This document shows, in pieces, positions 53,387-64,000 of a DNA stretch of 64,000 bases. The stretch's first letter is position 1. Every line of letters begins with the position of its first letter. The notes beneath the pieces are model-generated. The model saw nothing but the letters and a program-made list of their open reading frames with translations. It was not told the DNA's origin and did no database searches. The position numbers and the translations under genes are program-made. This stretch comes from Burkholderiaceae bacterium (GTDB taxonomy: Bacteria; Pseudomonadota; Gammaproteobacteria; Burkholderiales; Burkholderiaceae_C), in the NCBI GenBank assembly GCA_965278985.1, contig OZ257131.1, positions 376,040 to 440,039 of the forward strand. Reading direction: 5' to 3'.

Positions 53387-54268
53387 TCAGAACTCGAAGA
53401 CGTCGCCTTCGCGTGCCAGGCGGATGTCGATGCCGGGTGCGGGGTGGGCTTCGGTGGCCTCGGCGAACACCGCCTCCAGCGCATCGTCGCTGCGGGTCGG
53501 CTCATGGTGCGTGCAGAACAGCACGCGCGCGCCGGCCCGCCGCGCATAGTCGATGCTGGTGCCGAAGGTGCCGTGGCCCCACCCGACCTTCGCGGGGTAT
53601 TCCTGGTCGGTGTAGGAGGTGTCGGCAATCAGCACGTCCACACCCTGCATCCCGTTGAGGATCATCGCGTCCTTCTCGTCGACGAACTGCTGGTACTCTG
53701 CGTACTCGGCGTCGCCCTTGCCATGGATGTTGTAGGGCGGCTCGTGGTCGCCCGTGAAGAACACGGACTTGCCGTGGCTCTCGATGCGGTAGCCGAGGTT
53801 GACGACCGGGTGGTTCAGCAGGTAGGGCGTGACGGTCGCCGAGCCGATCCGGATGCTCTGCTCGGGCGTGAGGTTGACGTACTCCATGCGCGCTTTCAGT
53901 TCGGCCTCGCGCACGGGAAAATGGCTGTATTGCAGCTGCACCGCCATCACCTGTTCCACGCCGTTGCCGGAGACGGGGTCGAAGGCGCCGTGCAGGCGCA
54001 GCACGTTGCCGGGGATGAAGTTAGGTATGAAGAACGGCAGCCCCTGGATGTGGTCCCAGTGCGAGTGGGTCAGCAGCACGTGGGCCGTCACCGGCAGCTC
54101 GCCCAGCAGGCTCTGCGACAGCGGGAAGATGCCCGTGCCCGCGTCGATGATGATCAGCTCGTTGGCATCGGTGCGGATCTCGATGCAGGTGGTGTTGCCG
54201 CCGTAACGCACGGTCTTCGGGCCGGGCGAGGCGATGGAGCCGCGTACACCCCAGAAACGGATCTTCAT
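53387..54268 (-). CDS. MBL-fold metallo-hydrolase
   Basis: HSHWDH metal-binding motif. 293 aa. 6 nt downstream of the nnr stop. Confidence 0.75.
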   Translation of the reverse strand: MKIRFWGVRGSIASPGPKTVRYGGNTTCIEIRTDANELIIIDAGTGIFPLSQSLLGELPVTAHVLLTHSHWDHIQGLPFFIPNFIPGNVLRLHGAFDPVSGNGVEQVMAVQLQYSHFPVREAELKARMEYVNLTPEQSIRIGSATVTPYLLNHPVVNLGYRIESHGKSVFFTGDHEPPYNIHGKGDAEYAEYQQFVDEKDAMILNGMQGVDVLIADTSYTDQEYPAKVGWGHGTFGTSIDYARRAGARVLFCTHHEPTRSDDALEAVFAEATEAHPAPGIDIRLAREGDVFEF

Positions 54269-54364
54269 GGCGGGGACTCATGGGTGGGAGGGGAGGGGCC
54301 AGTGTAGCGAGCGCGACCGTGGCTCCGGCCCCCATGGCCCCCGATCCCGGTCGCCGTGGTGCTG

Positions 54365-55636
54365 TCAGCGCCGGCCGGCCAGCCGCGCCACGTCGAAGGC
54401 CCGCATGTCGATGTCGCCGGCGTGCCCCAGCACCTGGTCGGCCAGCGCCCGCGCGCAACCGCAGGCCAGCGCCCACCCCATGTCGCCGTGCCCGAGGTTC
54501 AGCCACAGGCCTTGCTTCCCGCTGCTCCCCACCACCGGCGGTCCATCGGGCAGCGTCGCGCTGGCGCCTTTCCATTCCTGGACCGTGGCGTCCTTGTTGG
54601 CCGCGCCGGGGAACCAGTCGTGCAGCACCGTGTAGAGCGCCTGCAACGCGGCCGGGTGCTTGTCCGCACCCGAGCCACCCAGCTCTGCGCCGCCTGATAC
54701 CCGCACGCGCTGGCCCAGCCGCGTGATGGTGATGCCGTGGCGCGTGTCCACCACCGTGCCGCGCGGCGCGTTCATGGGTTCGCGGATCGCTGCGCTCAGC
54801 GAATGGCCGTGCACCGCGGCCAGTGGCAACACCAGGCCCAGCGGTGCCAGCAGTCCCGCGCCGGCCGTGCCTGCGCACAGCACCACCAGGTCGAAGTGCT
54901 GCGGTGCGCTGGTACCCGCACCCGCTTGCGCCACACGCACCGCGGGCCGCTGCCCCGCGTCGATGCCGGCCACGCGCGTGTTGAAGAGGTACTCGACGCC
55001 CAGGCGCTGCGATTCGGCCCGCAGCAACAGGGCGAGCTGGCGGCAATTGCCAGCTTCGTCGTCGGGCAGCAGGACCGCACCCGCCAGCGGCGTCTCGGCA
55101 TCGATGGCGGGCTCGATCCTGCGGGCCTGTCCCGCGTCCAGCTGGCCGAAGGGGATGCCCGCGTCGCTGAGGCGCTGCAGCCGCGGCTGGGCCTGCTGGC
55201 GGTCGCCCTCGTTGCGGAACAGCAGCAGGAGGCCTTCGCTGCGGTCGAAGGCCAGCTGCAGCTGCGTGCACAGGGCCTGCATCCGCGCGCGGCTGTAGAG
55301 CGCGAGTTCGCGCAGCGGTGCCAGCGCGCGCTGGGCATCGCCCCGGCGCTGCGCGCGGCGGGCCTGGCGCAGCCACCGCCAGGCGCCTGGCGGCAGGGGC
55401 CGGCGCAGGTGCAGCCCGGGCCCGGATCCCATGACCAGCTGCCACCAGGAGGCCGCCTCGCCGAAGCCTGGCCAGGGGCTGGCGAGGCCGGGTGCGATGA
55501 GGCCGCCGGGCGCGAAGCTGGCCTCCTCGGCGGCGGCGCTGCGTTGCTCGAACACGGTGACCTCGTGGCCGTCACGGCCCAGCTCGAAGGCCGTGGTGAC
55601 GCCGACGATGCCGGCGCCGATGACTGCGATTTGCAT
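54365..55636 (-). CDS. FAD-dependent oxidoreductase (DadA/ThiO-like D-amino-acid/glycine oxidase family)
   Basis: Trimmed to Met 55636 (MQIAVIGAGIVGVTTAFEL...). Dinucleotide-binding GxGxxG at the N-terminus. Confidence 0.7.
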   Translation of the reverse strand: MQIAVIGAGIVGVTTAFELGRDGHEVTVFEQRSAAAEEASFAPGGLIAPGLASPWPGFGEAASWWQLVMGSGPGLHLRRPLPPGAWRWLRQARRAQRRGDAQRALAPLRELALYSRARMQALCTQLQLAFDRSEGLLLLFRNEGDRQQAQPRLQRLSDAGIPFGQLDAGQARRIEPAIDAETPLAGAVLLPDDEAGNCRQLALLLRAESQRLGVEYLFNTRVAGIDAGQRPAVRVAQAGAGTSAPQHFDLVVLCAGTAGAGLLAPLGLVLPLAAVHGHSLSAAIREPMNAPRGTVVDTRHGITITRLGQRVRVSGGAELGGSGADKHPAALQALYTVLHDWFPGAANKDATVQEWKGASATLPDGPPVVGSSGKQGLWLNLGHGDMGWALACGCARALADQVLGHAGDIDMRAFDVARLAGRR

Positions 55637-55697
55637 GAAATTCTTCGTCTGCGATGCTCGGGTCCGTTGTGCTGGACGGAAGCACGCGCCCCGCCGT

Positions 55698-57170
55698 TCA
55701 GCGGCGTGCCAGGATGCGCTCGATCTGCAGCCCGATGTTGAGTACCGCATCGTCGCGCAGCGCCGCGTGCCAGACCATCAGGCCGACCGGAAGTTCACCG
55801 GCTTCGTGGCAGGGCAGCGACAGTGCGCAACCGTCGAGCATGTTGACGGCGCTGGTGTTGCGCAGGAGCTGGCCGTTGACCGCGAAGAAGGCCGCGTCGC
55901 GCTCGGTGCCGGGGGCCACCTCGGCGATGGGAGGGGCGACGATCGGCACGGTCGGCGACAACACCGCGTCGACACCCTGCAGGGCATGCTCCATGCGCCG
56001 GATCCAGTCGCGCCGCGCCTGCAGCAGGTCGAGGTAGTCGGCGGCGCTCATGGCCGCGCCGCGCAGGATGCGTGCCGCCACGCGGGGGTCGTAGTCCGTG
56101 CCATGCTGGCCCAGCAGGTGGCGGTGCCAAGCGTGGCTCTCCGCGGGCGACAGGCCGCCCGTTGCGTTGATCTGCGGCAGTTCGGCGAGTTCGGGCAACG
56201 CGAGCTCCGTGATGCGGGCGCCGTGTGCACGCAGCGTGGCGAGCGTACGGGCGTAGGCCGCCGCCACCGTGGGGTCCAGGCCGTCGTGCATCAGCGTGCC
56301 GGCCACCGCGAGCCGGTAGGCGGAGAGCGGAGCGGGGCTGCGCGTCACGGTGCTGCTGCTGAGCACCTCGTGCGCGACGATGGCGTCGCGCACGGAGCGC
56401 GTCATCGCGCAGGCGGTGTCCATCGACGGAGACAGTGGCACCGCGCCGTCCAATGGGACGAGGCGCGCGGTGTTCTTGAAGCCCACGATGCCGTTCAGCG
56501 CAGCCGGGATGCGGATGGAGCCCCCGGTGTCGGAGCCCAGGCCCACGAAGGCCGCACCCGTTGCCACCGACACCGCTGCGCCGGAGGACGAGCCCCCAGG
56601 GATGCGCGCCACGCCGGCGTCGGCCGCATTGCGCGGCGTGCCATGGTGCGGGTTGATGCCCACGCCGGAGAACGCGAACTCCACCATGTTGGTGCGGCCC
56701 AGCAGGGTGCCCCCGGCGGCGCGCAGGCGTGCCACGGCGGGGCAGTCCTGTTGCGCAGGCGCCTGTGTCGCCAGGATGGTCGAACCGGCGGCACTGACCT
56801 GGCCCTGGACATCGAACAGGTCCTTGACGGACACCGGCAGTCCGGCGAGCGGCCGCTCCGGACGCGCCGCAGCGCGGGCCTGGGCCATCGCGCCGGCGGC
56901 ATCGAGCTGCAGGAAAGTGTGTTCGCAGGCGGGGGATCCGGCGATCTCCAGGCACCGCGCCATGATCGCGGCGAGGGTGGTCTCGCCACGGCGCAGAAGG
57001 GCGCGGGTATGGACCAGGTCGCCCAGGGCGACGGGCAGGGCTGCTGCGGCTTCTATGTTAGACTCCTTGGGTTTTGCTGGGTCCCGCACCGTGCGTCGCA
57101 CATCGCGTGGGGTTTCCGGCCAAGCAATCCGCCCGGGCTCTGCCTGGGCAAATAGCGAACCGGTCCCCAC
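55698..57170 (-). CDS. amidase (amidase-signature family, GatA-like)
   Basis: AS-family signature GGSSSGAAVSVATGAAFVGLGSDTGGSIRIPAA. Start uncertain (GTG at 57170 per the ORF track). Confidence 0.75.
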   Translation of the reverse strand: MGTGSLFAQAEPGRIAWPETPRDVRRTVRDPAKPKESNIEAAAALPVALGDLVHTRALLRRGETTLAAIMARCLEIAGSPACEHTFLQLDAAGAMAQARAAARPERPLAGLPVSVKDLFDVQGQVSAAGSTILATQAPAQQDCPAVARLRAAGGTLLGRTNMVEFAFSGVGINPHHGTPRNAADAGVARIPGGSSSGAAVSVATGAAFVGLGSDTGGSIRIPAALNGIVGFKNTARLVPLDGAVPLSPSMDTACAMTRSVRDAIVAHEVLSSSTVTRSPAPLSAYRLAVAGTLMHDGLDPTVAAAYARTLATLRAHGARITELALPELAELPQINATGGLSPAESHAWHRHLLGQHGTDYDPRVAARILRGAAMSAADYLDLLQARRDWIRRMEHALQGVDAVLSPTVPIVAPPIAEVAPGTERDAAFFAVNGQLLRNTSAVNMLDGCALSLPCHEAGELPVGLMVWHAALRDDAVLNIGLQIERILARR

Positions 57171-57264
57171 AAGGTGTTCGCACTGTCACAAGCGCCACGT
57201 TCGGTGGAAGGTTGCCAGTGCCGGATAGCGGGCCGGATTTTAGACCCAACCTTTGGAGCTCTAC

Positions 57265-58017
57265 ATGTCTGTCACCATGCGTGAAATGCTGGAAGCCGGC
57301 GTCCATTTCGGACACCAGACGCGCTTCTGGAACCCCAAGATGGCCCCGTTCATCTTCGGCCATCGCAACAAGATCCACATCATCAACCTGGAAAAGTCGC
57401 TGCCGATGTTCCAGGACGCGGCCAAGTTCGTGCGCCAGCTGACGGCGCGCCGCGGCACCGTGCTGATGGTGGGCACCAAGCGCCAGGCGCGCGACATCGT
57501 CGCCGCCGAAGCGCAGCGCGCCGGCGTGCCCTATGTCGACCAGCGTTGGCTGGGCGGCATGCTGACCAACTTCAAGACCGTCAAGACCTCGATCAAGCGC
57601 CTGAAGGAAATGAAGGTCCAGCAGGAAGCCGGCCTGGACAACATGAGCAAGAAGGAACAGCTCATGTTCGCCCGTGAACTCGACAAGCTCGAGAAGGACA
57701 TCGGCGGCATCCAGGATATGACCGCGCTGCCCGATGCCATCTTCGTGATCGACGTGGGCTACCACAAGATCGCCGTGGCCGAAGCCAAGAAGCTGGGCAT
57801 CCCCCTGATCGGCGTGGTGGACTCCAACCACTCGCCCATCGGCATCGACTACGTGATTCCCGGCAACGACGACTCGGCCAAGGCCGTGACGCTGTATGCA
57901 CGTGGCATCGCCGATGCCGTCATCGAAGGCCGCTCCAATGCGGTGGACGATGTGGTCAAGGCCGTGGCCACCGAGAGTTCGGATGAGTTCGTGGAAGTGG
58001 ACGAAGCCTCGGCCTGA
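57265..58017 (+). CDS. rpsB: 30S ribosomal protein S2
   Basis: [26 protein letters not shown]... is the canonical S2 N-terminus. Confidence 0.9.
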   Translation: MSVTMREMLEAGVHFGHQTRFWNPKMAPFIFGHRNKIHIINLEKSLPMFQDAAKFVRQLTARRGTVLMVGTKRQARDIVAAEAQRAGVPYVDQRWLGGMLTNFKTVKTSIKRLKEMKVQQEAGLDNMSKKEQLMFARELDKLEKDIGGIQDMTALPDAIFVIDVGYHKIAVAEAKKLGIPLIGVVDSNHSPIGIDYVIPGNDDSAKAVTLYARGIADAVIEGRSNAVDDVVKAVATESSDEFVEVDEASA

Positions 58018-58037
58018 TGTTCCCTGTGCGGACACAC

Positions 58038-58061
58038 AAGGGGCATTGATGCCCCTTTTTT
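58038..58061 (+). terminator. rho-independent terminator/attenuator between rpsB and tsf (GGGGCAT-TG-ATGCCCC + T6)
   Basis: Read directly from the sequence. Confidence 0.6.
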
Positions 58062-58109
58062 GTTAGCACCGCTCTAGAATTTTGTAGAAATCACGTACGG
58101 AGAAAAGTA

Positions 58110-59036
58110 ATGGCTGCGATTACAGCAAGCATGGTGGCGGAACTGCGTGGCAAGACCGACGCACCGATGATGGAATGCAAGCGGGCCCTGACGGAGGCCG
58201 AGGGCGACCTGGTCAAGGCCGAGGAGCTGCTGCGCGTCAAGCTCGGCACCAAGGCCGGCAAGGCCGCAGGCCGCGTCACTGCCGAAGGCGTCGTGACCAT
58301 CGGCCGCCATGGCAACGCTGCCGCCATGCTGGAAGTCAACTGCGAAACCGACTTCGTCACCAAGAACGACAGCTTCCTGGCCCTGGCGCAGGCCGCCAGC
58401 GACCTGATCGCGCAGCACAACCCCGCCGACCTCGCCGCGCTGGGTGCGCTGGCGTATGCGCAGGACGGCTTCGGCCCCACGCTGGAAGACGTGCGCAAGG
58501 GCCTGATCGGGAAGATCGGCGAGAACATGAGCTTCCGCCGTTTCAAGCGTTTCGACTCGGGCGCCAAGATCGCCACCTACCTGCATGGCACGCGCATCGG
58601 CGTGGTCGTGGAGTTCGAGGGCGCCGATGAGGCTGCCGCCAAGGACGTCGCGATGCATGTGGCCGCCATGAAGCCTGTTGCGCTGTCCAGCGCCGACGTG
58701 CCTGCCGAGCTGGTGGAGCGCGAGCGTTCGGTGGCCGCTGCCAAGGCTGCCGAAGACGCCGCCGCCGCCGTGGCCGCCGGCAAGACCCCGCAGTCCGCCG
58801 AGATCGTCACCAAGCGCGTCGAAGGTGGCGTGCAGAAGTACCTGAAGGAAGTCTCGCTGTTCGACCAGGCGTTTGTAAAGAACGACAAGCAGACGGTGGC
58901 GCAGATGCTCAAGGCTGTCGGTACGACGGTCAAGGGCTTCACGCTGTACGTGGTGGGCGAGGGGATCGAGAAGAAGGTCGACGACTTCGCCGCCGAAGTC
59001 GCGGCGCAGGTGGCGGCCGCCAAGCAATCGGCCTGA
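58110..59036 (+). CDS. tsf: elongation factor Ts
   Basis: [42 protein letters not shown]... 308 aa. Confidence 0.9.
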   Translation: MAAITASMVAELRGKTDAPMMECKRALTEAEGDLVKAEELLRVKLGTKAGKAAGRVTAEGVVTIGRHGNAAAMLEVNCETDFVTKNDSFLALAQAASDLIAQHNPADLAALGALAYAQDGFGPTLEDVRKGLIGKIGENMSFRRFKRFDSGAKIATYLHGTRIGVVVEFEGADEAAAKDVAMHVAAMKPVALSSADVPAELVERERSVAAAKAAEDAAAAVAAGKTPQSAEIVTKRVEGGVQKYLKEVSLFDQAFVKNDKQTVAQMLKAVGTTVKGFTLYVVGEGIEKKVDDFAAEVAAQVAAAKQSA

Positions 59037-59112
59037 GTGCCAACCCAGTGGGGCCGCGGATGGCATGGTGCCATCGGCGGCCTTTTCATGAACCGCGAAC
59101 AAGGAACAGCCC

Positions 59113-59835
59113 ATGTCGGATGCCCAGCCCGTCCATAAGCGCATTTTGCTCAAGCTCTCCGGTGAGGCCCTGATGGGCGACGATGCCTTCGGCATCAACC
59201 GGGACACCATCGTGCGCATGGTCGACGAGGTGGCCGAGGTGACGCGCATGGGCGTGCAGGTGGCGGTGGTCATCGGTGGCGGCAACATCTTCCGCGGAGT
59301 CGCGGGTGGTTCGGTCGGCATGGACCGGGCGACGGCCGACTACATGGGCATGCTGGCCACCGTGATGAACGCGCTGGCGCTGGCGGACACCATGAACAAG
59401 GCCGGGCTCACGGCCCGCGTGATGTCGGCCATCTCCATCGAGCAGGTGGTCGAGCCCTATGTGCGGCCCAAGGCCCTGCAGTACCTCGAAGAGGGCAAGG
59501 TCGTGATCTTCGCCGCGGGCACCGGCAACCCCTTCTTCACCACCGACACGGCCGCTGCGCTGCGCGGTGCCGAGATCGGCGCGGAAGTGGTGCTCAAGGC
59601 CACGAAGGTCGACGGCGTCTACACGGCCGATCCCAAGAAGGATCCCAGCGCCACGCGCTACAACAAGCTGAGCTTCGACGAGGCCATGAGCAAGAACCTC
59701 GGCATCATGGACGCCACGGCCTTCGCGCTGTGCCGGGACCAGAAGCTGCCCATCAAGGTGTTCTCGATCTTCAAGCATGGCGCCCTCAAGCGCGTGATCC
59801 TCGGGGCCGACGAGGGCACCCTGGTCTATGCATGA
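59113..59835 (+). CDS. pyrH: UMP kinase
   Basis: [14 protein letters not shown]...[11 protein letters not shown]. 240 aa. Confidence 0.9.
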   Translation: MSDAQPVHKRILLKLSGEALMGDDAFGINRDTIVRMVDEVAEVTRMGVQVAVVIGGGNIFRGVAGGSVGMDRATADYMGMLATVMNALALADTMNKAGLTARVMSAISIEQVVEPYVRPKALQYLEEGKVVIFAAGTGNPFFTTDTAAALRGAEIGAEVVLKATKVDGVYTADPKKDPSATRYNKLSFDEAMSKNLGIMDATAFALCRDQKLPIKVFSIFKHGALKRVILGADEGTLVYA

Positions 59836-59896
59836 CAATCACGGATCCGTGGAGGGCGGCTCTTGGCCCCTTCCACGTGTCTGGCAGGAGTGAGAG

Positions 59897-60457
59897 ATGG
59901 ACATCGCAGAGATCAAACAGAACGCAGACAGCCGCATGGACCAGTCCATCGCGGCCTTCAAGAACAACCTGACCAAGATCCGCACCGGCCGCGCGAACCC
60001 GGCCCTGCTCGACACGGTGCAGGTGGAGTACTACGGCTCCATGATGCCGATCAGCCAGGTGGCCAACGTGTCGCTGCTGGACGCGCGGACGATCAGCGTG
60101 CAACCCTGGGAAAAGGGCATGGGCGCGAAGATCGAGAAGGCCATCCGCGAAAGCGACCTGGGCCTGAACCCCGCCTCCATGGGTGACCTGATCCGTGTGC
60201 CCATGCCGATGATGACCGAGGAGCGCCGCAAGGAGCTGACCAAGATCGTCCGGGGCGAGGGCGAGAACGCCCGCATCGCCGTGCGCAACCTGCGCCGCGA
60301 CGCCAACGAGGCCGTCAAGAAGCTGGTCAAGGACAAGCTGGCCTCCGAGGACGACATGAAGCGCACCGAGGCCGAGATCCAGAAGATCACCGACCGCCAC
60401 ATCGCGGCCATCGAACAGCTGGTCGCCGCCAAGGAACAGGACCTCCTGGCGGTCTGA
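59897..60457 (+). CDS. frr: ribosome recycling factor
   Basis: 186 aa, RRF signature [11 protein letters not shown]...[10 protein letters not shown]. Confidence 0.9.
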   Translation: MDIAEIKQNADSRMDQSIAAFKNNLTKIRTGRANPALLDTVQVEYYGSMMPISQVANVSLLDARTISVQPWEKGMGAKIEKAIRESDLGLNPASMGDLIRVPMPMMTEERRKELTKIVRGEGENARIAVRNLRRDANEAVKKLVKDKLASEDDMKRTEAEIQKITDRHIAAIEQLVAAKEQDLLAV

Positions 60458-60561
60458 GCCGGGCCGGGCCTACCCACTCCCGCCCTCTACATGCACTCAC
60501 GCCGTACTGCCCAGCCCGCCCCGCACGGGGCCGTGGCGGCGTCCCTCCCCCCAGTGCAGGA

Positions 60562-61305
60562 TTGCGCATGGCATTGAATCCCAAGGCCCAGGTTCCCCAC
60601 CACATCGCCATCGTGATGGACGGCAATGGCCGCTGGGCGACGCGGCGGTTCATGCCGCGCCTCGCGGGTCACAAGTCGGGTGTGGATTCGCTGCGCCGCT
60701 GCGTGAGGGCCTGCGCCGAGCGCGGTATCGCCGTGCTGACGGTCTTCGCCTTTTCTTCGGAGAACTGGAACCGGCCGCAGGAAGAGGTCTCCGGCCTCAT
60801 GGACCTGATGGCCCGGGCGCTGGCGCGCGAGGTGCCCCAGCTCATGCGTGACGGTGTGCGCCTGCATTTCGTGGGCGACCTTGAGAACCTGTCGCCGAGC
60901 GTGCGCGCCGGCCTGCTGCAGGGCGAGCAGGCCACGCAGGACAACCGTCGCCTGGTGCTCAACGTCTGCTTCAGTTATGGGGGGCGCTGGGACATCGTGC
61001 AGGCCGCCCGTACACTCGCCGCGCGCGGACAGGACATCACCGAAGAAAGCCTGACCAAGGCGATGCGCATGGGCCACGTGCCGGACCCCGACCTCGTGAT
61101 CCGCACCGGTGGCGAGCAGCGGGTCAGCAACTTCCTGCTGTGGCAGGCCGCGTATTCCGAGTGGTACTTCAGCGATTTGTTGTGGCCCGACTTCGACGAG
61201 GCCGCGCTGGACGCGGCACTGGCGGCCTACGGGCAGCGCGAGCGCCGGTTCGGCAAGACCTCGGCCCAGGTGGCGGCGCCGATGGTCGCGCAGCAGGTCG
61301 CCTGA
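60562..61305 (+). CDS. uppS: isoprenyl transferase (undecaprenyl-diphosphate synthase)
   Basis: HIAIVMDGNGRWA...FAFSSENWNRP. Confidence 0.9.
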   Translation: MRMALNPKAQVPHHIAIVMDGNGRWATRRFMPRLAGHKSGVDSLRRCVRACAERGIAVLTVFAFSSENWNRPQEEVSGLMDLMARALAREVPQLMRDGVRLHFVGDLENLSPSVRAGLLQGEQATQDNRRLVLNVCFSYGGRWDIVQAARTLAARGQDITEESLTKAMRMGHVPDPDLVIRTGGEQRVSNFLLWQAAYSEWYFSDLLWPDFDEAALDAALAAYGQRERRFGKTSAQVAAPMVAQQVA

Positions 61306-61330
61306 TGCAGCTTCTGACCAGGACCTGAGC

Positions 61331-62176
61331 ATGCTGCTGCAACGCATCGTCACCGCAGCGCTGCTGCTCCTGGTCCTGCTTCCGGCGCTGTTCTATCCGG
61401 AGCCGTCGATTTTCCATGCACTGACCTTGGTGTTCATCGGCGCCGCGGCCTGGGAATGGGCGCGCCTGTCGGGGCTGGCGTCCACGCCGTCCCTGGTGGC
61501 CGGTGTGGCGTGTGCCGCGGCGTGTGCCGTGGCCTGGTGGGCCGGGATGCTGCTGGCGCCGCTGCGCGGCTTGTGGATCGCGGCCGCGGTGTTGTGGACC
61601 GTGGGTGGCGCATGGCTGCTGCGCAGCGGGGTGCACGGATGGCAGGCTTTTGCACGGCCCCTGCGCATGGGGCTTGGACTGGTGGGCCTGTGGCTGGCGT
61701 GGATCGCGATCGGGCAGGCACGCATCGCGGGCATCAACTTCCTGCTGTCGGCCCTGGCCCTGGTGTGGGTGGCCGATGTGGGCGCGTATTTTGCCGGCCG
61801 CAATTTCGGTGGACGCCTGGTGCGCCGCAAGCTCGCCCCCAGCATCAGCCCAGGCAAGACGTGGGAAGGTGCGCTCGGCGGTGTGGTCGGCGTGGTGGTG
61901 CTCGCCCTGGTATGGCAGTGGGCCGACCGCCATTGGTCTGCAGGCGACCTGAGTCTCTACAGCCGGCTGCTGGGCGCCCATGCGGGGTGGGCCTGGCTAG
62001 CCGTGTTGTGGTTGACCGCGATGAGCGTGGTGGGTGATCTCGTGGAGTCGCTGGTCAAGCGCGCCGCGGGCGCCAAGGACAGCAGCGCGCTGCTGCCTGG
62101 CCACGGGGGCGTGCTGGACCGCATCGATGCCCTGTTGCCCACCATGCCCCTGGCGCTGCTGCTGGGAGGCTTGTGA
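61331..62176 (+). CDS. cdsA: phosphatidate cytidylyltransferase
   Basis: Trimmed to Met 61331. Multi-TM protein with CTP-transferase signature SxxKRxxGxKDxSxLLPGHGGxLDRxD. Confidence 0.85.
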   Translation: MLLQRIVTAALLLLVLLPALFYPEPSIFHALTLVFIGAAAWEWARLSGLASTPSLVAGVACAAACAVAWWAGMLLAPLRGLWIAAAVLWTVGGAWLLRSGVHGWQAFARPLRMGLGLVGLWLAWIAIGQARIAGINFLLSALALVWVADVGAYFAGRNFGGRLVRRKLAPSISPGKTWEGALGGVVGVVVLALVWQWADRHWSAGDLSLYSRLLGAHAGWAWLAVLWLTAMSVVGDLVESLVKRAAGAKDSSALLPGHGGVLDRIDALLPTMPLALLLGGL

Positions 62177-63390
62177 TGGCCGAGTCCGCACATGCCGCCA
62201 TGCGCCGACAGGTCACGATCCTGGGCGCCACCGGCTCGGTGGGCAGCAACACGTTGGACGTGATCGCGCGCCATCCGCAGCGCTACGAAGTCTTCGCGCT
62301 GACCGCCCACCACCGTGTCGACGAATTGCTGGCCCAATGCCTGCGGTTCCGCCCGCGTTTCGCGGTGCTGGCGGATGCCACCTGCGTCCCGCGGATGGAG
62401 GCTGCCTGTGCGGCGCACGGCCTGGAGACCCGCGTGCTGGGAGGCACGGAAGCCCTTGCGCAGGTGGCCGAGGACGAGCGGGTCGACATGGTCATGGCGG
62501 CCATCGTCGGAGCCGCCGGCCTGCAGGCCTGCATGCGCGCGGCGCGTGCCGGCAAGCGCCTGCTGCTGGCCAACAAGGAAGCGCTGGTGGTTGGTGGCGA
62601 GGTGTTCCTGCGCGCGGTGGCCGCGGGCGGGGCCGAGCTGCTGCCCATCGACAGCGAACATTCCGCGATCTTCCAGTCGCTGCCCAGCGACCGGCAGCAG
62701 TGGCCCGAGCAGATCCAGAAGCTGATCCTGACGGCGTCCGGCGGGCCGTTCCGCCAGTGGGCACCCGAGGCCTTGCGCGACGTGACACCCGAGCAGGCCT
62801 GTGCGCATCCCAACTGGGTCATGGGCCGCAAGATCTCGGTGGACTCCGCCACCATGATGAACAAGGCGCTCGAGGTCATCGAGGCGCGCTACCTCTTCGG
62901 CGTGGACCCGGCGCAGATCGAGGTGGTGATCCATCCGCAGAGCGTGATCCATTCGATGGTGCAGTACCAGGACCACTCCGTGGTGGCCCAGCTCGGCACG
63001 CCCGACATGCGGGTGCCCATCGCCTACGGCCTGTCGTGGCCCACGCGCATCACCTCCGGTGCATCCGCGCTCGACTTCTCCACGCTGGGCGCGATGACCT
63101 TCGAGTCGATGGACGACGGAGACCACCCGCGGCGGTTCCCGGGCCTGCAACTCGCCTGGCAGGCGATGCGTGAGCCCGTGGGTTCCACGGCCGTGCTGAA
63201 TGCGGCCAACGAGGTGGCCGTGGCGGCGTTCCTGGAGCGTGCCATCCGCTTCGACCAGATCCACGCCGTCAACGTGGAAACCCTGTCCCGGGTCGTGGTT
63301 CCCGCGGTGCACGGCATCGAGGACCTGCTGGCGCTGGACGCACTGAGCCGCGCCGAGGCTGCTGCCTGCGTGCAGCGCCTGGCATCGTGA
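62173..63390 (+). CDS. dxr: 1-deoxy-D-xylulose-5-phosphate reductoisomerase
   Basis: VTILGATGSVGSNTLDVI...LLANKEALV...DSEHSAIFQ. Confidence 0.9.
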   Translation: MMAESAHAAMRRQVTILGATGSVGSNTLDVIARHPQRYEVFALTAHHRVDELLAQCLRFRPRFAVLADATCVPRMEAACAAHGLETRVLGGTEALAQVAEDERVDMVMAAIVGAAGLQACMRAARAGKRLLLANKEALVVGGEVFLRAVAAGGAELLPIDSEHSAIFQSLPSDRQQWPEQIQKLILTASGGPFRQWAPEALRDVTPEQACAHPNWVMGRKISVDSATMMNKALEVIEARYLFGVDPAQIEVVIHPQSVIHSMVQYQDHSVVAQLGTPDMRVPIAYGLSWPTRITSGASALDFSTLGAMTFESMDDGDHPRRFPGLQLAWQAMREPVGSTAVLNAANEVAVAAFLERAIRFDQIHAVNVETLSRVVVPAVHGIEDLLALDALSRAEAAACVQRLAS

Positions 63391-63416
63391 ACAAGGAGAA
63401 CGGCACATGCTGACGA

Positions 63417-64000
63417 TCGTCGCTTTCGTGGTGGCCTTGGGCGTCCTGATCGCCGTGCATGAATACGGTCACTACCGCGTGGCGGTAGCCTGTGGCGTCA
63501 AGGTGCTGCGCTTTTCGGTCGGCTTTGGCAAGACCGTATGGCGCTGGCAACCCAAGGGTTCGGCCACGGAGTTCGTGATCGGCCTGCTGCCGCTGGGCGG
63601 CTACGTGAAGATGCTGGACGAACGCGAGGCACCCGTAGCGCCCGAGGAGCGCCACCTGGCCTTCAACACCCAGGCGCTGTGGAAGCGCGCCGCCATCGTG
63701 GCGGCGGGGCCGATGGTCAACCTGCTTCTGGCCGTGGTGCTGTACACCGTCGTCAACTGGGCCGGCACCGACCAACCGCGTGCCGTGCTGGCCAATCCTC
63801 CCGCGGGCAGCATGGCGCAGGCCGCCGGCCTGTCCGGCGGCGACGTGGTGTTGCGTGCGGGCCTGCAGGGAGACGCGCTGCGTGACGTGGCCTCCTACGA
63901 GGATCTGCGCTGGGCGGTCGCGCAGGGCGTGCTCAAGGCGCGGGACGTGCAACTGGTGGTTGGCCGCGACGGCGCATCGACGACGCGGGAATTGGTGTTG
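63417..64000 (+). CDS. rseP: RIP metalloprotease RseP (5' portion; truncated by window end)
   Basis: RBS AAGGAGAA. HEYGHY zinc motif in the first TM segment. The PDZ region is beginning at the window edge. Confidence 0.8.

Overview
This 64 kb window is a high-GC (roughly 65-70 %) chromosomal segment that looks betaproteobacterial, Comamonadaceae/Acidovorax-like, judging from protein signatures and the conserved rpsB-tsf-pyrH-frr-uppS-cdsA-dxr-rseP operon at the 3' end. It is densely coding and mostly housekeeping.

Content in order:
- A RutR-type TetR regulator divergent from an uncharacterised cluster: flavin monooxygenase, AllA-like cupin lyase, and an SsuABC-like uptake system.
- An AraC/GyrI-like regulator.
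- A five-gene, translationally coupled phosphorelay operon: two hybrid histidine kinases, three receiver proteins, one carrying an EAL c-di-GMP phosphodiesterase.
- upp, a HerA-like ATPase, and the yebC-purD-hemF-nadD-rsfS-rlmH-maf-rng run.
- Two GSTs.
- A five-gene tRNA array (Gly-GCC, Arg-ACG, an unusual class-II tRNA with anticodon GCA, His-GTG, Leu-CAG) with a heavily structured spacer.
- A free-standing HNH endonuclease, then a cluster of tRNA-like pseudo-elements leading into an SPFH (band-7) + RtcB RNA-ligase operon.
- A lower-GC NYN/OST-HTH RNase-like gene.
- rpoD-dnaG-ggt, tRNA-Val, phaR, rimO, tRNA-Leu, RNase R, nnr, and the ribosomal/isoprenoid operon.

No CRISPR array, IS element or complete prophage was seen.

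The features I consider most worth following up, all tRNA-related:
- the class-II tRNA that reads as GCA/U73;
- the 18-bp inverted-repeat spacer inside the tRNA array;
- the HNH gene;
- the decayed/mimic tRNA module fused to the 5' leader of an orphan SPFH-RtcB pair.

The long ORFs antisense to the kinase, rpoD, dnaG, ggt and rimO genes are GC artefacts.

All coordinates were read by hand from the sequence listing; tRNA and terminator ends may be off by 1-2 nt.
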